From NCBI GenBank assembly GCA_040954595.2, contig CM082594.2, forward strand, positions 698,147-762,146: a stretch of DNA of 64,000 nt. The letters run 5' to 3'. The stretch comes from Balanoglossus misakiensis. Lineage: Eukaryota > Animalia > Hemichordata. The notes under the pieces are model-generated. The model was not told where the DNA came from and made no database searches. It worked only from the letters and a program-made list of their open reading frames with translations. This document shows, in pieces, positions 11,501 to 23,169 of this stretch. The translations under genes and the position numbers were made by a program. The stretch's first letter is position 1. The number at the start of each line of letters is the position of its first letter.

Positions 11501-14500
11501 CTGGTAACGTTGAACAAGTCGATTTTTCTAGGGCCTGGCTCGGCTAAATCTCCGTCACAATATGACAGACACTAGCGTATGTTAGCAACGGTGATCAAGT
11601 CAGATTTTCTACGGCATGGCTTGGATAAAGCCCCGGCACTCTAGAGCAGAAACACGCGTACAGAGACCACGTTGATCAAGTCTGATCTCCTACGGCTTGG
11701 CTCGACTGAAACCCTGGCACACTATGACAGACACTAGCGTTCGTTAGCAACGTTGATCAAGTCAGATTTCCTACGGCATGGCTTGGCTAAAGCCCTGGCA
11801 CTGTAGAGCAGAAACACGCGTACAGAGACCACGTTGATCTACTCACATTTCCTTCGGCCTGGCACGGCTGATGCCCCGGCACTATATATAGGACACAGAC
11901 TGGCGTAAGTTAACAACGGTAATCACGTCGGGTTTCCTACGGCCTGGCTCAGCTGAAGCCCCGGCACTCTAGAGCAGAAACAGGCGTACATTGACCACGT
12001 TGATCAAGTCAGATTTCCTACGGCGTGACTCGGCTGGTGCACCGGCTCTATATGACACAGACTGGCGTAAGTTATCAACGGTGATTACGTCGGATTTCCT
12101 ACGGCCTGGTTTAGCTGAAGCCCCGGCACTTTAGAGCGGAAACACGCGTACATTGACCACGATGATCAAGTCAGATCTCCTACGTCCTGGCTCGACTAAA
12201 ACCCCGGCACACCATGACAGACACTAGCGTTCGTTAGCAACGGTGATCAAGTCGGATTTCCTTCGGCCTGGCTCTGCAAAAGACCTGACACTCTAGTACA
12301 AAGACGTTGGCTAAGTCGGGCAAACCGAAGAGGGAAAGTCACAGCGGGTCAACACTCGACATTTGTTCGGGTAGGACTGCATTATTGCATGTCAATTTAT
12401 AGAGAAAGCTCGAATTTAACCAGGGCGTTTCAAACACCGACGTTAGTTGGGGGCACGGCCTGCAGTACTGCCGGGTAAGCTGACATCGGCGTACCGCATG
12501 TAATGTAGGGGGGGGGGGGGAGGGAAACAGAACGGTTCAATGCTACATTTATCAGATATCAGCTAATTTTGGACAATCATCTAAAATCTAAATCATTTTT
12601 TCATATTTGGATATCTGATGATGTATGAAATTTCCATTATATGTAAAAATGGTGCTGATTATAAAAATGCACTCTGAATGAGCTGATTTAATACAAAATT
12701 GCGTTTTATTCGTTTTTGCACCAAAAAGGTCATTTTTAGGCAAAACATTCTTTATTTTTTAATTCGGTGACCTGATCATATATAAACAATTGCTTGTATG
12801 TTAAAAGTTTTTCTGACTTTTAAAAGCAGTGACACTGGCGGCATTCAACACGAAAATAACAATTTTAGCCACAATTTGGTCAAAATGGTAAATTTTTGAA
12901 AATTACAAAAAATACCTGTTTTCTACATTTTCGGAAATCTGATGGAGTATAGAATGCTCTTCGTATCTATATATATCGATACAAATTCCACAAAAGACCG
13001 TCTAATTTGGCTCACTGCAGACAAATTGCGTTTTACCAAATTTTCCTTGAAAATGTCATTTTTAGAAAAAAAATAAAAAAACCTTTGTTCTTCGAATTTG
13101 GTGCCCTGATCATATATGACATGTTGATTGTATGTTAAAACTTTCGACCACTCCAAAAATGCAGAGATATTGACGGAATTCAAGAAAAAATAGCCATTTT
13201 GGCCATATTTTGACAAAAATGGTAAATTTAAAAAAAATCTTAAAAAATTAACTCTTTTCTTCATTTTCGGAAATATTATGGAGCATGAAGTGTCGTTCTC
13301 TTGTAAAAAGTGCTGCAAATTCCAGAAAAGGCGGTATAATTTGAATCACCCAAGTCAAAATTACCATTTTCGACATTTTCCGAAAAATTGTCTTTTTTAC
13401 AAAATAAATAAAAATAAATTCTTTTCTTAGTTTCAAACGGGTAGAGATACTTTCCACACGGGTTTTCTAACATTGAATTCCCGTTCATCAACTCAGATTT
13501 CCTACAGCATAAGTCGGCTAAAACCCTGACACTCTAGAGCAGAAACAGTTGCACACTGGTAACGTTGAACAAGTCGATTTTTCTACGGCCTGGCTCGGCT
13601 AAATCTCCGTCAAAATATGACAGACACTAGCGTACGTTAGCAACGGTGATCAAGTCAGATTTTCTACGGCATGGCTTGGATAAAGCCCCGGCACTCTAGA
13701 GCAGAAACACGCGTACAGAGACCACGTTGATCAAGTCTGTGTCCTATATATAGTGCCGGGGCATCAGCCGTGCCAGGCCGAAGGAAATGTGAGTAGATCA
13801 ACGTGGTCTCCCGTGTGGAAAGTATCTCTACCCGTTTGAAACTAAGAAAAGAATTTATTCTTATTTATTTTGTAAAAAAGACAACGTTGATCAAGTCAGA
13901 TTTCCTACGGCATGGCTTGGCTAAAGCCCTGGCACTCTAGAGCAGAAACACGCGTACAGAGACCACGTTGATCTACTCACATTTCCTTCGGCCTGGCACG
14001 GCTGATGCCCCGGCACTATATATAGGACACAGACTGGCGTAAGTTAACAACGGTAATCACGTCGGGTTTCCTACGGCCTGGCTCAGCTGAAGCCCCGGCA
14101 CTCTAGAGCAGAAACATGCGTACATTGACCACGTTGATCAAGTCAGATTTCCTATGGCGTGACTCGGCTGGTGCACCGGCTCTATATGATACAGACTGGC
14201 GTAAGTTATCAACGGTGATTACGTCGGATTTCCTACGGCCTGGTTTAGCTGAAGCACCGGCACTTTAGAGCGGAAACACGCGTATATTGACCACGATGAT
14301 CAAGTCAGATCTCCTACGGCCTGGCTCGACTAAAACCCCGGCACACCATGACAGACACTAGCGTTCGTTAGCAACGGTGATCAAGTCGGATTTCCTTCGG
14401 CCTGGCTCTGCAAAAGACCCGACACTCTGGTACAAAGACGTTGGCTAAGTCGGGGAAAACGAAGAGGGAAAGTCACAGCGGGTCAACACTCGACATTTGT

Positions 14501-14913
14501 TCGGGTAGGACTGCATTATTGCCTGTCAATTTATAGAGAGAGCCCGAATTTAACCAGGGCGTTTCCAGGCATGATCTTGAAAACTGTAATACCGAGGTCA
14601 TGTGGTGGTGGCGCTGTTTTACTGGTCGCAGCTTAGTGATTACGGCTCCTGAAAATTGCTAGTTTTTTGCCTTAGATCTGATGCTTATGACTTGTACGGC
14701 ACAAGGACTGGAACATGAAACTGTTCTTAATACCTAGAACCTTGTTTGAAATGTAAGTGTGCACTGTTCATCTGGATTTCGCCATTCGGTTTTTCTTCTT
14801 CACCATATGTGTATTGAAGGACTGCACTGTACAATCTCTCTGGAGTGGCGGGAAATTTGTATTGTCATCCAAATAACTGTATTGTCTTCCAAAAATTTGC
14901 ATTGCAAATCAAG

Positions 14914-16755
14914 ATGGCAACACAAAGGAAATCTGTCACCGGTGAATCCACAGTTCCATTAGACATTGAGCGACAGATGAAAGCAAAGTACCTGGATCGA
15001 GTAAACGACATGTCTCCACAAGAACTGAAATCATTCAGCAAATGGCCACTTGTCAAAGAGTTAAATGCCGAAATGACGCTCCTGCTACCTAATGTTGAAG
15101 CCGATCCCATTAAAAAGGTATGCCACTACATCGGAAACGCCTTGAATAACCGTGTCCAACAGCGCCTGGCAGAGGTAAGCCGTCCATCGTCACCGCCTTC
15201 TGCCAACTATGTCATTGACATGGTTACCTCTCCTATAAAGTCGCTAGTGAGAAGCTTTAGTCACAGCAACTCCGAAGTTGATTCGTCTGATATTACCCTG
15301 GAATCCGACAATGTTGAATCAACCCAGCGACCACCAAAAGCTGGTAAGAAAACCCCACGCAAGTAAAAGAAAAAGCGTCAAGCGGAAAAGAATCGTCAAC
15401 AAAAATCACCCGGCACTGAATGTTACTGTACTGAAAACTGCAAACTTGATAGATCGGGTAATGGTGAAATGATTCGGTGCAGCTTGTGTTATAGCTGGTT
15501 TCACCTAAAGTGCATAAATGTTGAAAATGAGGAACTGAACCGCTATTTCTGGCCATGCCATGACTGTAGACGTCTGTCACATTCCGTCACTGCACTGAAT
15601 AATCAAATTTCTGAATTTAAGGACACCAATGAATACCTACGGGATATATACTCATCCGCTACGAAAGAAAACGCTGAATTAAAGGAGGAACTTCTCAAGC
15701 TCCGTGACGTAAATGCCGACCTGAAAATGAGACTACATACGGAACTGACTAAACAAAGTAACCGTCCGGAGGTAAGATCTCTAGGTACACAAACTAGTGA
15801 TGATATGATCCAGACAGATGAGTCTCATGTCAGAGAGCAGCGTACACAAGACCAAACATTATTCGTTGGGGACTCGTTACTTCGTTTCATATCCCCAGTA
15901 AATCACAATGCTACAGTGGAAGCTATTCCAGGTGCTACGATTAATGACATTCATGCTAACCTGTCTGCTAAATGCAACGACAAATACAGGGAAATATATC
16001 TCCAAGTAGGAACAAATGACATCAGTAAGATGATTCCAACGGGTGATATCATAGCAAGCTACCTGGATTTGATAAAACTCGCCAAAACCTTGTCAAATGA
16101 TCGAGTCATCGTTCTCAGCATTCCGCCTCGGACAGACACTACTGATGTTCAACCAAAAATAGATGAAGTTAACAATGAGCTTGCTTTGCTGTGCCAACGG
16201 GAAGACGTCAATTTCATTGACAACGATGGTACCTTCAAATTCCGTAATAACACAATTGATGCGTCTACACTCTATCGAGACGGCATTCACCTAAGTGTCA
16301 AAGGCATTCGTATTATGTTGACGAATGCTGGTCTCGAACAACTGTTCACACCGGGCAAATTTCAACGTCGAAGATGGGATAACCAATCGTCTACTCGCCC
16401 GGACGAATTTCAACGTCGAAGATGGGATAACCAATCGTTTACTCGCCCGGACGAATTTCAACGTCGAAGATGGGATAACCAATCGTTTACTCGCCCTGGG
16501 CCAGCAGTTCAACGGCAAAGATACGAAAACACTTTTCTCAGCAGAAGACCGGAACAACATGTCGTAACCAACAGAAACCCAAACGCCGGTCGTATGTTCT
16601 CGCAGCGTAACTTCTCGCAACCCGCAACAAATGTCAAATGTTTCAACTGCGGAGAGGATGGTCACGTGAGTCGTGTTTGTCGACATGGTGCAGCGGTAAC
16701 TTGCTGGTCATGTGGCACTCAAGGGCACAAGTCAAAGAACTGTACCCGCGCCTGA
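14914..16755 (+). pseudogene. LINE ORF1 (PHD finger, coiled coil, SGNH/GDSL esterase, two CCHC knuckles) with one in-frame TAA at 15364-15366
   Basis: The 173-aa and 428-aa ORFs are in the same frame and join across RK*KKKRQ; PHD C..C...CSLC..WFH..C...WPCHDC; esterase FVGDSL/GTND/DGIHL; CFNCGEDGHVSRVC and CWSCGTQGHKSKNC. Confidence 0.85.
16358..16496 (+). repeat. Three 48-bp coding tandem repeats in ORF1 (FQRRRWDNQSFTRPDE)
   Basis: AATTTCAACGTCGAAGATGGGATAACCAATCG at 16358, 16406 and 16454. Confidence 0.95.
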
Positions 16756-19700
16756 GAAGCCGGCCATGATGAGTGTGCCGAAAATACTACTACTCATGGT
16801 GACATCACATCAACTTCACCGAAACCACATGTTGATCCTACTGCGAACTCCAGTAGTCACCCATTTCATGATCTCACTACTTCAAAAGGTATACGTATTG
16901 GTTTTTGGAACATTCAACATTTAACCAACAAGATTGATGAATTGCGCTTAAAATTGAACAATAACATTAAACCTTTCGATGTTCTTATTTTGAGTGAAAC
17001 ATTTCTCAGTGACCTTCATTGTGATGCAGATTTTATCATTAATGGGTACGAATCATGCAGAAAAGACAGGTCAACTGGACCTGGTGGTGGCCTTCTCGCT
17101 TATGTTAACTCGAATTTCACCTTCAAACGCAGGCATGATCTTGAAAACTGTAATACCGAGGTCATCATAATTGAACTGTCTATTAATTACGCCCGTCCAA
17201 TCTTTGTAATTGGTATTTATAGACCACCTAGTTCAACTCTTTCTGTTGACAAAGTTATTGAGAGTAATATCGAATCTGTTTATTTAGAAAACAAAGAAAT
17301 GATTGTATTGGGTGATTTTAACTTCAACCTCCTGAGTCCAAATGGGAGGAATAGCTATCTGTATAAGTGTATGGAATCTATGAATTTTAGTCAACTCGTC
17401 ACCACTGTAACTCGCCCCATATCGGGAACCTTGCTTGATCACATTTATGTAAATAGTCCTAGTAACATTTCGAGAACCTGTATCCCTAAGGTTGGTCTTT
17501 CCGACCACTATCCTGTTTGTGTTATACGACGTTACCATGCCAACAATTGTAATACGGGCTCACATATTTATGTTACCAGTAGGCATTTTCGAAACTTTCA
17601 TGCAAACAGCTTTATCGATGACTTAAACTCTGCTTTTGAGTCTTATTGTCATACAGACGATGTAAATACTGCGTTTATGGACTGGGCAACTTTTTTTAAT
17701 GACATCTGCAATACGCATGCACCAAGAGTTGTTCGAAGGGTGAAGCGGCTACGACAACCACCATGGTTTTCTTCGGAGATTTTGGAGCTAATTCATGTTA
17801 GAGACTTTCATCTCGATAAAGCCGTGCGTTCCAACTCGCATGATGACTGGAGTATGTATAGAACACTAAGAAATAAGGTAGTTCACTTTATAACCACCGA
17901 GAAGCGTCGCTACTATAGAAGTATTTTTTCTGCAAATTCCAGTAATCCAACTGTTGTATGGCGTACTGTACATGACATTCTTTCAAATGATAACGCCTGT
18001 TCGCAAAGTCCTCGCATCACTTCCAATAACAGAACACTGTCGAATCACAAAGACATTGCAGATGCCTTCAATGATTATTTCACCAGTATTGTTGTTGAGT
18101 ACCGCCAAAGTCTTCCTGGCCACTCAGATTTGGCAATCACGAAAACGTGGGTTAATTCACAAATGAGCCCAAATTTACCTTCTTTTCAGCTGCCCCAAAT
18201 CCCATTTAATTTTGTGATGGAGCAACTAGCATCGTTAGATGCTACCAAATCTCATGGTTTTGACAATGTCTCCCCCAAACTTCTTAAAATCGGGGCAAAT
18301 AGTATAGCGGGTCGCATTACTAATATGTTCAATTTGTCAATAACGAATGGTACTTTCCCTGATTGCTTTAAATGTGCCAGAGTTGTACCCATACATAAGA
18401 ACGGGCCGAAACATGTTATTAGTAATTACAGGCCCATATCAATCTTGCCTGCTTTATCAAAGATACTTGAGAGACACGTTTATAACAGTCTGTACACTTA
18501 TCTACAGAATAATAAGTTAATTATGAGTTCGCAGTCGGGTTTCAGACGCTTTCATTCATGTAATACCGCATTGCTGAAGCTTACAGATCAACTTTTAAGA
18601 AATATTGATAATGGTCTGTACAATGGCCTAATGTATCTTGACTTATGTAAGGCCTTTGACTTGGTCGATCATGATATTCTTTTAAGGAAATTGTCCATTT
18701 ACGGTGTTAATGATGTATCTTTAAAATGGTTTCGTTCATATCTCTCGAATAGATGTCAATTTGTCAGTTACATGGGTGAGGAATCAAAGACTTTACCTGT
18801 TGTTTGTGGTGTTCCACAAGGTTCCATTTTAGGACCTCTTTTGTTTTTAATTTTCATTAATGATTTACCTTTGAGTCTCAGCATGGGCAACATTGATATG
18901 TTTGCTGATGATCAAACACTTTGTGTCTCTGGCATCTCTATTAATGAGGTTGGTACAAAACTTCAAGAGGACGTTTTACCAATTTCCACATGGGTTTCAA
19001 ATAATGCCATGTCAATTAACACCACCAAGACAAAATGGATGATTGTTGCCTCTCGCCCAAAGGTTAATAATGTGTCCGAGCACAGTGTCACTCCCAATAT
19101 TAGGATCAATAATACTTGCATTTCTTGTGTTTCTTCTCACACACTTCTTGGAATAGAGATTGACAATGCTTTAACATGGGATACTCATATAGATAACTTA
19201 AGTAGAAAATTGTCAATGCGGATTGGGGTACTGAGGAAATTGCGACCTTTGACCCCAAGGCATACTCTTATGTTGGTTTATAATGCTATTTTCCTTTCTA
19301 TAATTGATTACTGTTGCACTGTTTGGGGCAACACATCAAAAACCAATCTACAGAGAATTTATAAACTTCAGAAAAGAGCCGGCAGAGTAATTTTAGGAGT
19401 AGACATTACATTTCCTTCTCGTTCTCTTCTGACAACTCTTCATTGGTTGCCCATTGATATTAGAATTGAGTATTTCATTGCTGTTCAAACTTTCAAGATA
19501 CTACATGGCCTGGCGCCTGATTATTTAAATGAATTTTCCTATGTTTCTGAGATGTACAATTTTACCACTAGATCTGTCAGCAATGCTAATTTGTATGTGC
19601 CCACTTTTAAAACAGCAACTGGGCAAAGGTCTTTTATGTATCGAGCAACAAATATCTGGAACAATATTCCCCTGTCTATAAGAAGCATATACAGTCTGTC

Positions 19701-19770
19701 ACAGTTCAAGTCACAACTACGTAACTTTTTTCACACTAAATTTATAAATGAAGGTTCATCACTTGATTAG
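16756..19770 (+). CDS. LINE ORF2: apurinic-like endonuclease plus reverse transcriptase (frame opens directly after the ORF1 stop; no upstream AUG)
   Basis: GIRIGFWNIQ, LSETFL, GIYRPP, LGDFN, LDHIY, SDH (APE); NYRPISIL, QSGFR, DLCKAFD, GVPQGSILGP, FADD (RT). Confidence 0.93.
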   Translation, partial: EAGHDECAENTTTHGDITSTSPKPHVDPTANSSSHPFHDLTTSKGIRIGFWNIQHLTNKIDELRLKLNNNIKPFDVLILSETFLSDLHCDADFIINGYESCRKDRSTGPGGGLLAYVNSNFTFKRRHDLENCNTEVIIIELSINYARPIFVIGIYRPPSSTLSVDKVIESNIESVYLENKEMIVLGDFNFNLLSPNGRNSYLYKCMESMNFSQLVTTVTRPISGTLLDHIYVNSPSNISRTCIPKVGLSDHYPVCVIRRYHANNCNTGSHIYVTSRHFRNFHANSFIDDLNSAFESYCHTDDVNTAFMDWATFFNDICNTHAPRVVRRVKRLRQPPWFSSEILELIHVRDFHLDKAVRSNSHDDWSMYRTLRNKVVHFITTEKRRYYRSIFSANSSNPTVVWRTVHDILSNDNACSQSPRITSNNRTLSNHKDIADAFNDYFTSIVVEYRQSLPGHSDLAITKTWVNSQMSPNLPSFQLPQIPFNFVMEQLASLDATKSHGFDNVSPKLLKIGANSIAGRITNMFNLSITNGTFPDCFKCARVVPIHKNGPKHVISNYRPISILPALSKILERHVYNSLYTYLQNNKLIMSSQSGFRRFHSCNTALLKLTDQLLRNIDNGLYNGLMYLDLCKAFDLVDHDILLRKLSIYGVNDVSLKWFRSYLSNRCQFVSYMGEESKTLPVVCGVPQGSILGPLLFLIFINDLPLSLSMGNIDMFADDQTLCVSGISINEVGTKLQEDVLPISTWVSNNAMSINTTKTKWMIVASRPKVNNVSEHSVTPNIRINNTCISCVSSHTLLGIEIDNALTWDTHIDNLSRKLSMRIGVLRKLRPLTPRHTLMLVYNAIFLSIIDYCCTVWGNTSKTNLQRIYKLQKRAGRVILGVDITFPSRSLLTTLHWLPIDIRIEYFIAVQTFKILHGLAPDYLNEFSYVSEMYNFTTRSVSNANLYVPTFKTATGQRSFMYRATNIWNNIPLSIRSIYSLSQFKSQLRNFFHTKFINEGSSLD

Positions 19771-19857
19771 ATTTCATGAATGTTTCCGCCATTGCGACTT
19801 GATTTGATTTTTTCAGTGTTTTTTTTTCCTTGTTGTATTCATTCTCATTTTGCCTTT

Positions 19858-19907
19858 GAGGGCTCTGTTGTATATTACAATTCTACTTTGTAACACAGAC
19901 TACCCTC
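19858..19907 (+). other. 3' UTR stem-loop of the CR1/L2-group LINE (probable RT recognition signal)
   Basis: GAGGG...TCTG...TTACAA / TTGTAA...CAGA...CCCTC complementary arms directly before AATAAA and the (TAA)n tail; CR1/L2 elements are known to need such a 3' stem-loop. Confidence 0.65.
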
Positions 19908-21698
19908 TTTAAATAAAGCATAATAATAATAATAATAATAATAAACACCGACGTTAGTTGGGGGCACGGCCTGCAGTACTGCCGGGTAAGCTGACATCGG
20001 CGTACCGCATATAATGTAGGGGGGGGGGGGACAGAACGGTTCAATACTACATTTATTAGATATCAGCTAATTTTGGACAATCATCTAAAATCTAAATCAT
20101 TTTTTCATATTTGGTTATCTGATGATGTATGAAATTTCCATTATATGTAAAAATGGTGCTGATTATAAAAAATGCACTCTGAATGAGCTGATTTAATACA
20201 AAATTGCGTTTTATTCGTTTTTGCACCAAAAAGGTCATTTTTAGGCAAAACATTCTTTATTTTTTTAATTCGGTGACCTGATCATATATAAACAATTGCT
20301 TGTATGTTAAAAGTTTTTATGACTTTTAAAAGCAGTGACACTGGCGGCATTCAACACGAAAATAACAATTTTAGCCACAATTTGGTCAAAATGGTAAATT
20401 TTTGAAAATTACAAAAATACCTGTTTTCTACATTTTTGGAAATCTGATGGAGTATAGAATGCTCTTCGTATATATATATCGATACAAATTCCACAAAAAA
20501 CGGCTAATTTGGCTCACTGCAGACAAAATTGCGTTTTACCAAATTTTCCTTGAAAATGTCATTTTTAGAAAAAAAAATAAAAAAACCTTTGTTTTTCGAA
20601 TTTGGTGCCCTGATCATATATGACATGTTGATTATATGTTAAAACTTTCGACCACTCCAAAAATGCAGAGATATTGACGGAATTCAAGAAAAAATAGCCA
20701 TTTTGGCCATATTTTGACAAAAATGGTAAATTTTTAAAAAATCATAAAAAATTAACTCTTTTCTTCATTTTCGGAAATATTATGGATAATGAAGTGTCGT
20801 TCTCTTGTAAAAAGTGCTGCAAATTCCAGAAAACGCGGTATAAATTGAATCACCCAAGACAAAATTACCATTTTCGACTTTTTTTCGAAAAATTGTCTTT
20901 TTTACAAAATAAATAAGAATAAATTCTTTTCTTAGTTTCAAACGGGTAGAGATACTTTCCACACGGGTTTTCTTACATTGAATTCCCGTTCATCAACTCA
21001 GATTTCCTACAGCATAAGTCGGCTAAAACCCTGACACTCTAGAGCAGAAACAGTTGCACACTGGTAACGTTGAACAAGTCGATTTTTCTATGGCCTGGCT
21101 CGGCTAAATCTCCGTCACAATATGACAGACACTAGCGTACGTTAGCAACGGTGATCAAGTCAGATTTTCTACGGCATGGCTTAGATAAAGCCCCGGCACT
21201 CTAGAGCAGAAACACGCGTACAGAGACCACGTTGATCAAGTCTGATCTCCTACGGCTTGGCTCGACTAAAACCCCGGCACACTATGACAGACACTAGCGT
21301 TCGTTAGCAACGTTGATCAAGTCAGATTTCCTACGGCATGGCTTGGCTAAAGCCCTGGCACTCTAGAGCAGAAACACGCGTACAGAGACCACGTTGATCT
21401 ACTCACATTTCCTTCGGCCTGGCACGGCTGATGCCCCGGCACTATATATAGGACACAGACTGGCGTAAGTTAACAACGGTAATCACGTCGGGTTTCCTAC
21501 GGCCTGGCTCAGCTGAAGCCCCGGCACTCTAGAGCAGAAACAGGCGTACATTGACCACGTTGATCAAGTCAGATTTCCTACGGCGTGACTCGGCTGGTGC
21601 ACCGGCTCTATATGACACAGACTGGCGTAAGTTATCAACGGTGATTACGTCGGATTTCCTACGGCCTGGTTTAGCTGAAGCCCCGGCACTTTAGAGCG

Positions 21699-22625
21699 AG
21701 ACGTTCTTTGCCGAGTAGGATGCTGTCAGACAACGCATCGACTTATTTATCGGCTGCCAATGAAATCAAAACACTGTTTGATACGCCAGAAGTAAATGAC
21801 TTTCTCGCCGCACATCGTGTACAATGGACGTTTATACCGAAGCGCGCGACCTGGTTTGGTGGCTTCTGGGAGAGGCTGATTGCTTTGACAAAGAACGCTA
21901 TTATGAAAACTCTCGGTCGAGCTAACCTAACCTTTGATGAACTCGCAACAGTTGTGACTGAAATTGAAGCCGTTTTAAACGACAGGCCGTTAACGTACGT
22001 GTCATCCAGTATAAACGACAACATTGGATTGACCCCAAATCACTTGCTACATGGCAGGACACTGACATCATTGCCGTACATCGAGATCACCGACGAAGAG
22101 GTGATTGACCCATCTTACTGTGATAATCGTGAAATCAACAGAAGATATGAACATCTATCAAGATTACACGATCAATTTTGGCGAAGATGGTCGTCCGATT
22201 ATCTGACTGCCCTACGTGAACGACATCCCACCAAAGGAACTCGTGATAATGTCATCAAGGTCGGAGATGTCGTGATAATACACAGTGACACTGACAAACG
22301 TCCGAAATGGCATTTAGGAACTGTAACAAGGTTGATCTTCGGTAATGATAAACTGGTACGATCTGCGGAGTTGAACACCGCAGGTGGTCCTACAAACCGA
22401 CCTATCCATAAATTGTACCCATTGGAAGTTGTCTCCAAGGAGCTGTCAACTGTGTCTGGAGATAATACAGGTATTGGAGCAGATTCAAACACGAATACTG
22501 AAACAGTCGACACAGCTGGAGCCTCTGAAGATTCCTCGGTGAAGGCGGATGTTGTACCCCCGAGACGACCTGTCAGAGACTCTGCAGTTGCCGCTCGAGT
22601 ACGAATAGCGGATCTCTCTATTTGA
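21699..22625 (+). pseudogene. BEL/Pao integrase C-terminal half and DUF5641-like tail
   Basis: RRSLPSRMLSDNAST, W.FIP..A.WFGGFWERL, EIEAVLNDRPL, LTPNHLL, FWRRWSSDYL..LRE, RPIHKLYPLE. Confidence 0.9.
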
Positions 22626-23169
22626 CTTTGAAATTGGAAAACAATTTCGATCGCATTGTGACTGTTATCATGTTTACTGACACAATGAACATTAGTTTAT
22701 TATCCTTGAACACTTTAGGTGACTTTAATCATATTTCATGTTATTTGATGTTTTTTTTTTCTGACGATTTTCGAGACTTTCCTTTGCGCGGGGGAGAATA
22801 TGGAGAAGTGAGAGATTTACTCCAGAAGGATCACGTGACGGAAACTCTTACCCTATCAGAGTTGACTTTGTTTCCCGCCAAACTTTATACTTGTAGCAGA
22901 TTTATTGTAATTTTTGAGTGTTTGCTCCGGCGTTCGTGGGACTTATATATAACCCAGTTTTGGCGCTTTCGGGCAGCATTTTCTAAGGAGCTCTGTGGTG
23001 TTACTTTGTTGTTGGATTCAGATGCCCCGGCACTATATATAGGACACAGACTGGCGTAAGTTAAAAACCAGTGTTTTACCTAGCACTGAATCGTTCGCTT
23101 CTTTTCCGACGTCAGTATACTCGAACCCCCTCCCGGGAGTATTGATCACTGCCACGATACTTCCCCACA
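21699..23169 (+). mobile_element. Second, different BEL/Pao element: 3' fragment (integrase C-half, PPT, 3' LTR)
   Basis: Starts abruptly inside the integrase core; PPT GCGGGGGAGAA (~22788-22798); LTR 22799-23169 with inverted termini TATGGAGAAGT...ACTTCCCCACA; ~730 bp of adjoining satellite is missing on the 5' side. Confidence 0.88.

Larger units (their letters stand above)
14566..19942 (+). mobile_element. Apparently full-length non-LTR retrotransposon of the CR1/L2 group (Crack/Daphne/L2-like)
   Basis: 5' UTR, ORF1, APE+RT ORF2, 3' UTR stem-loop, AATAAA and (TAA)n tail at 19921-19943; satellite GGGCGTTTC|AAACACCG resumes with no evident TSD. Confidence 0.93.
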
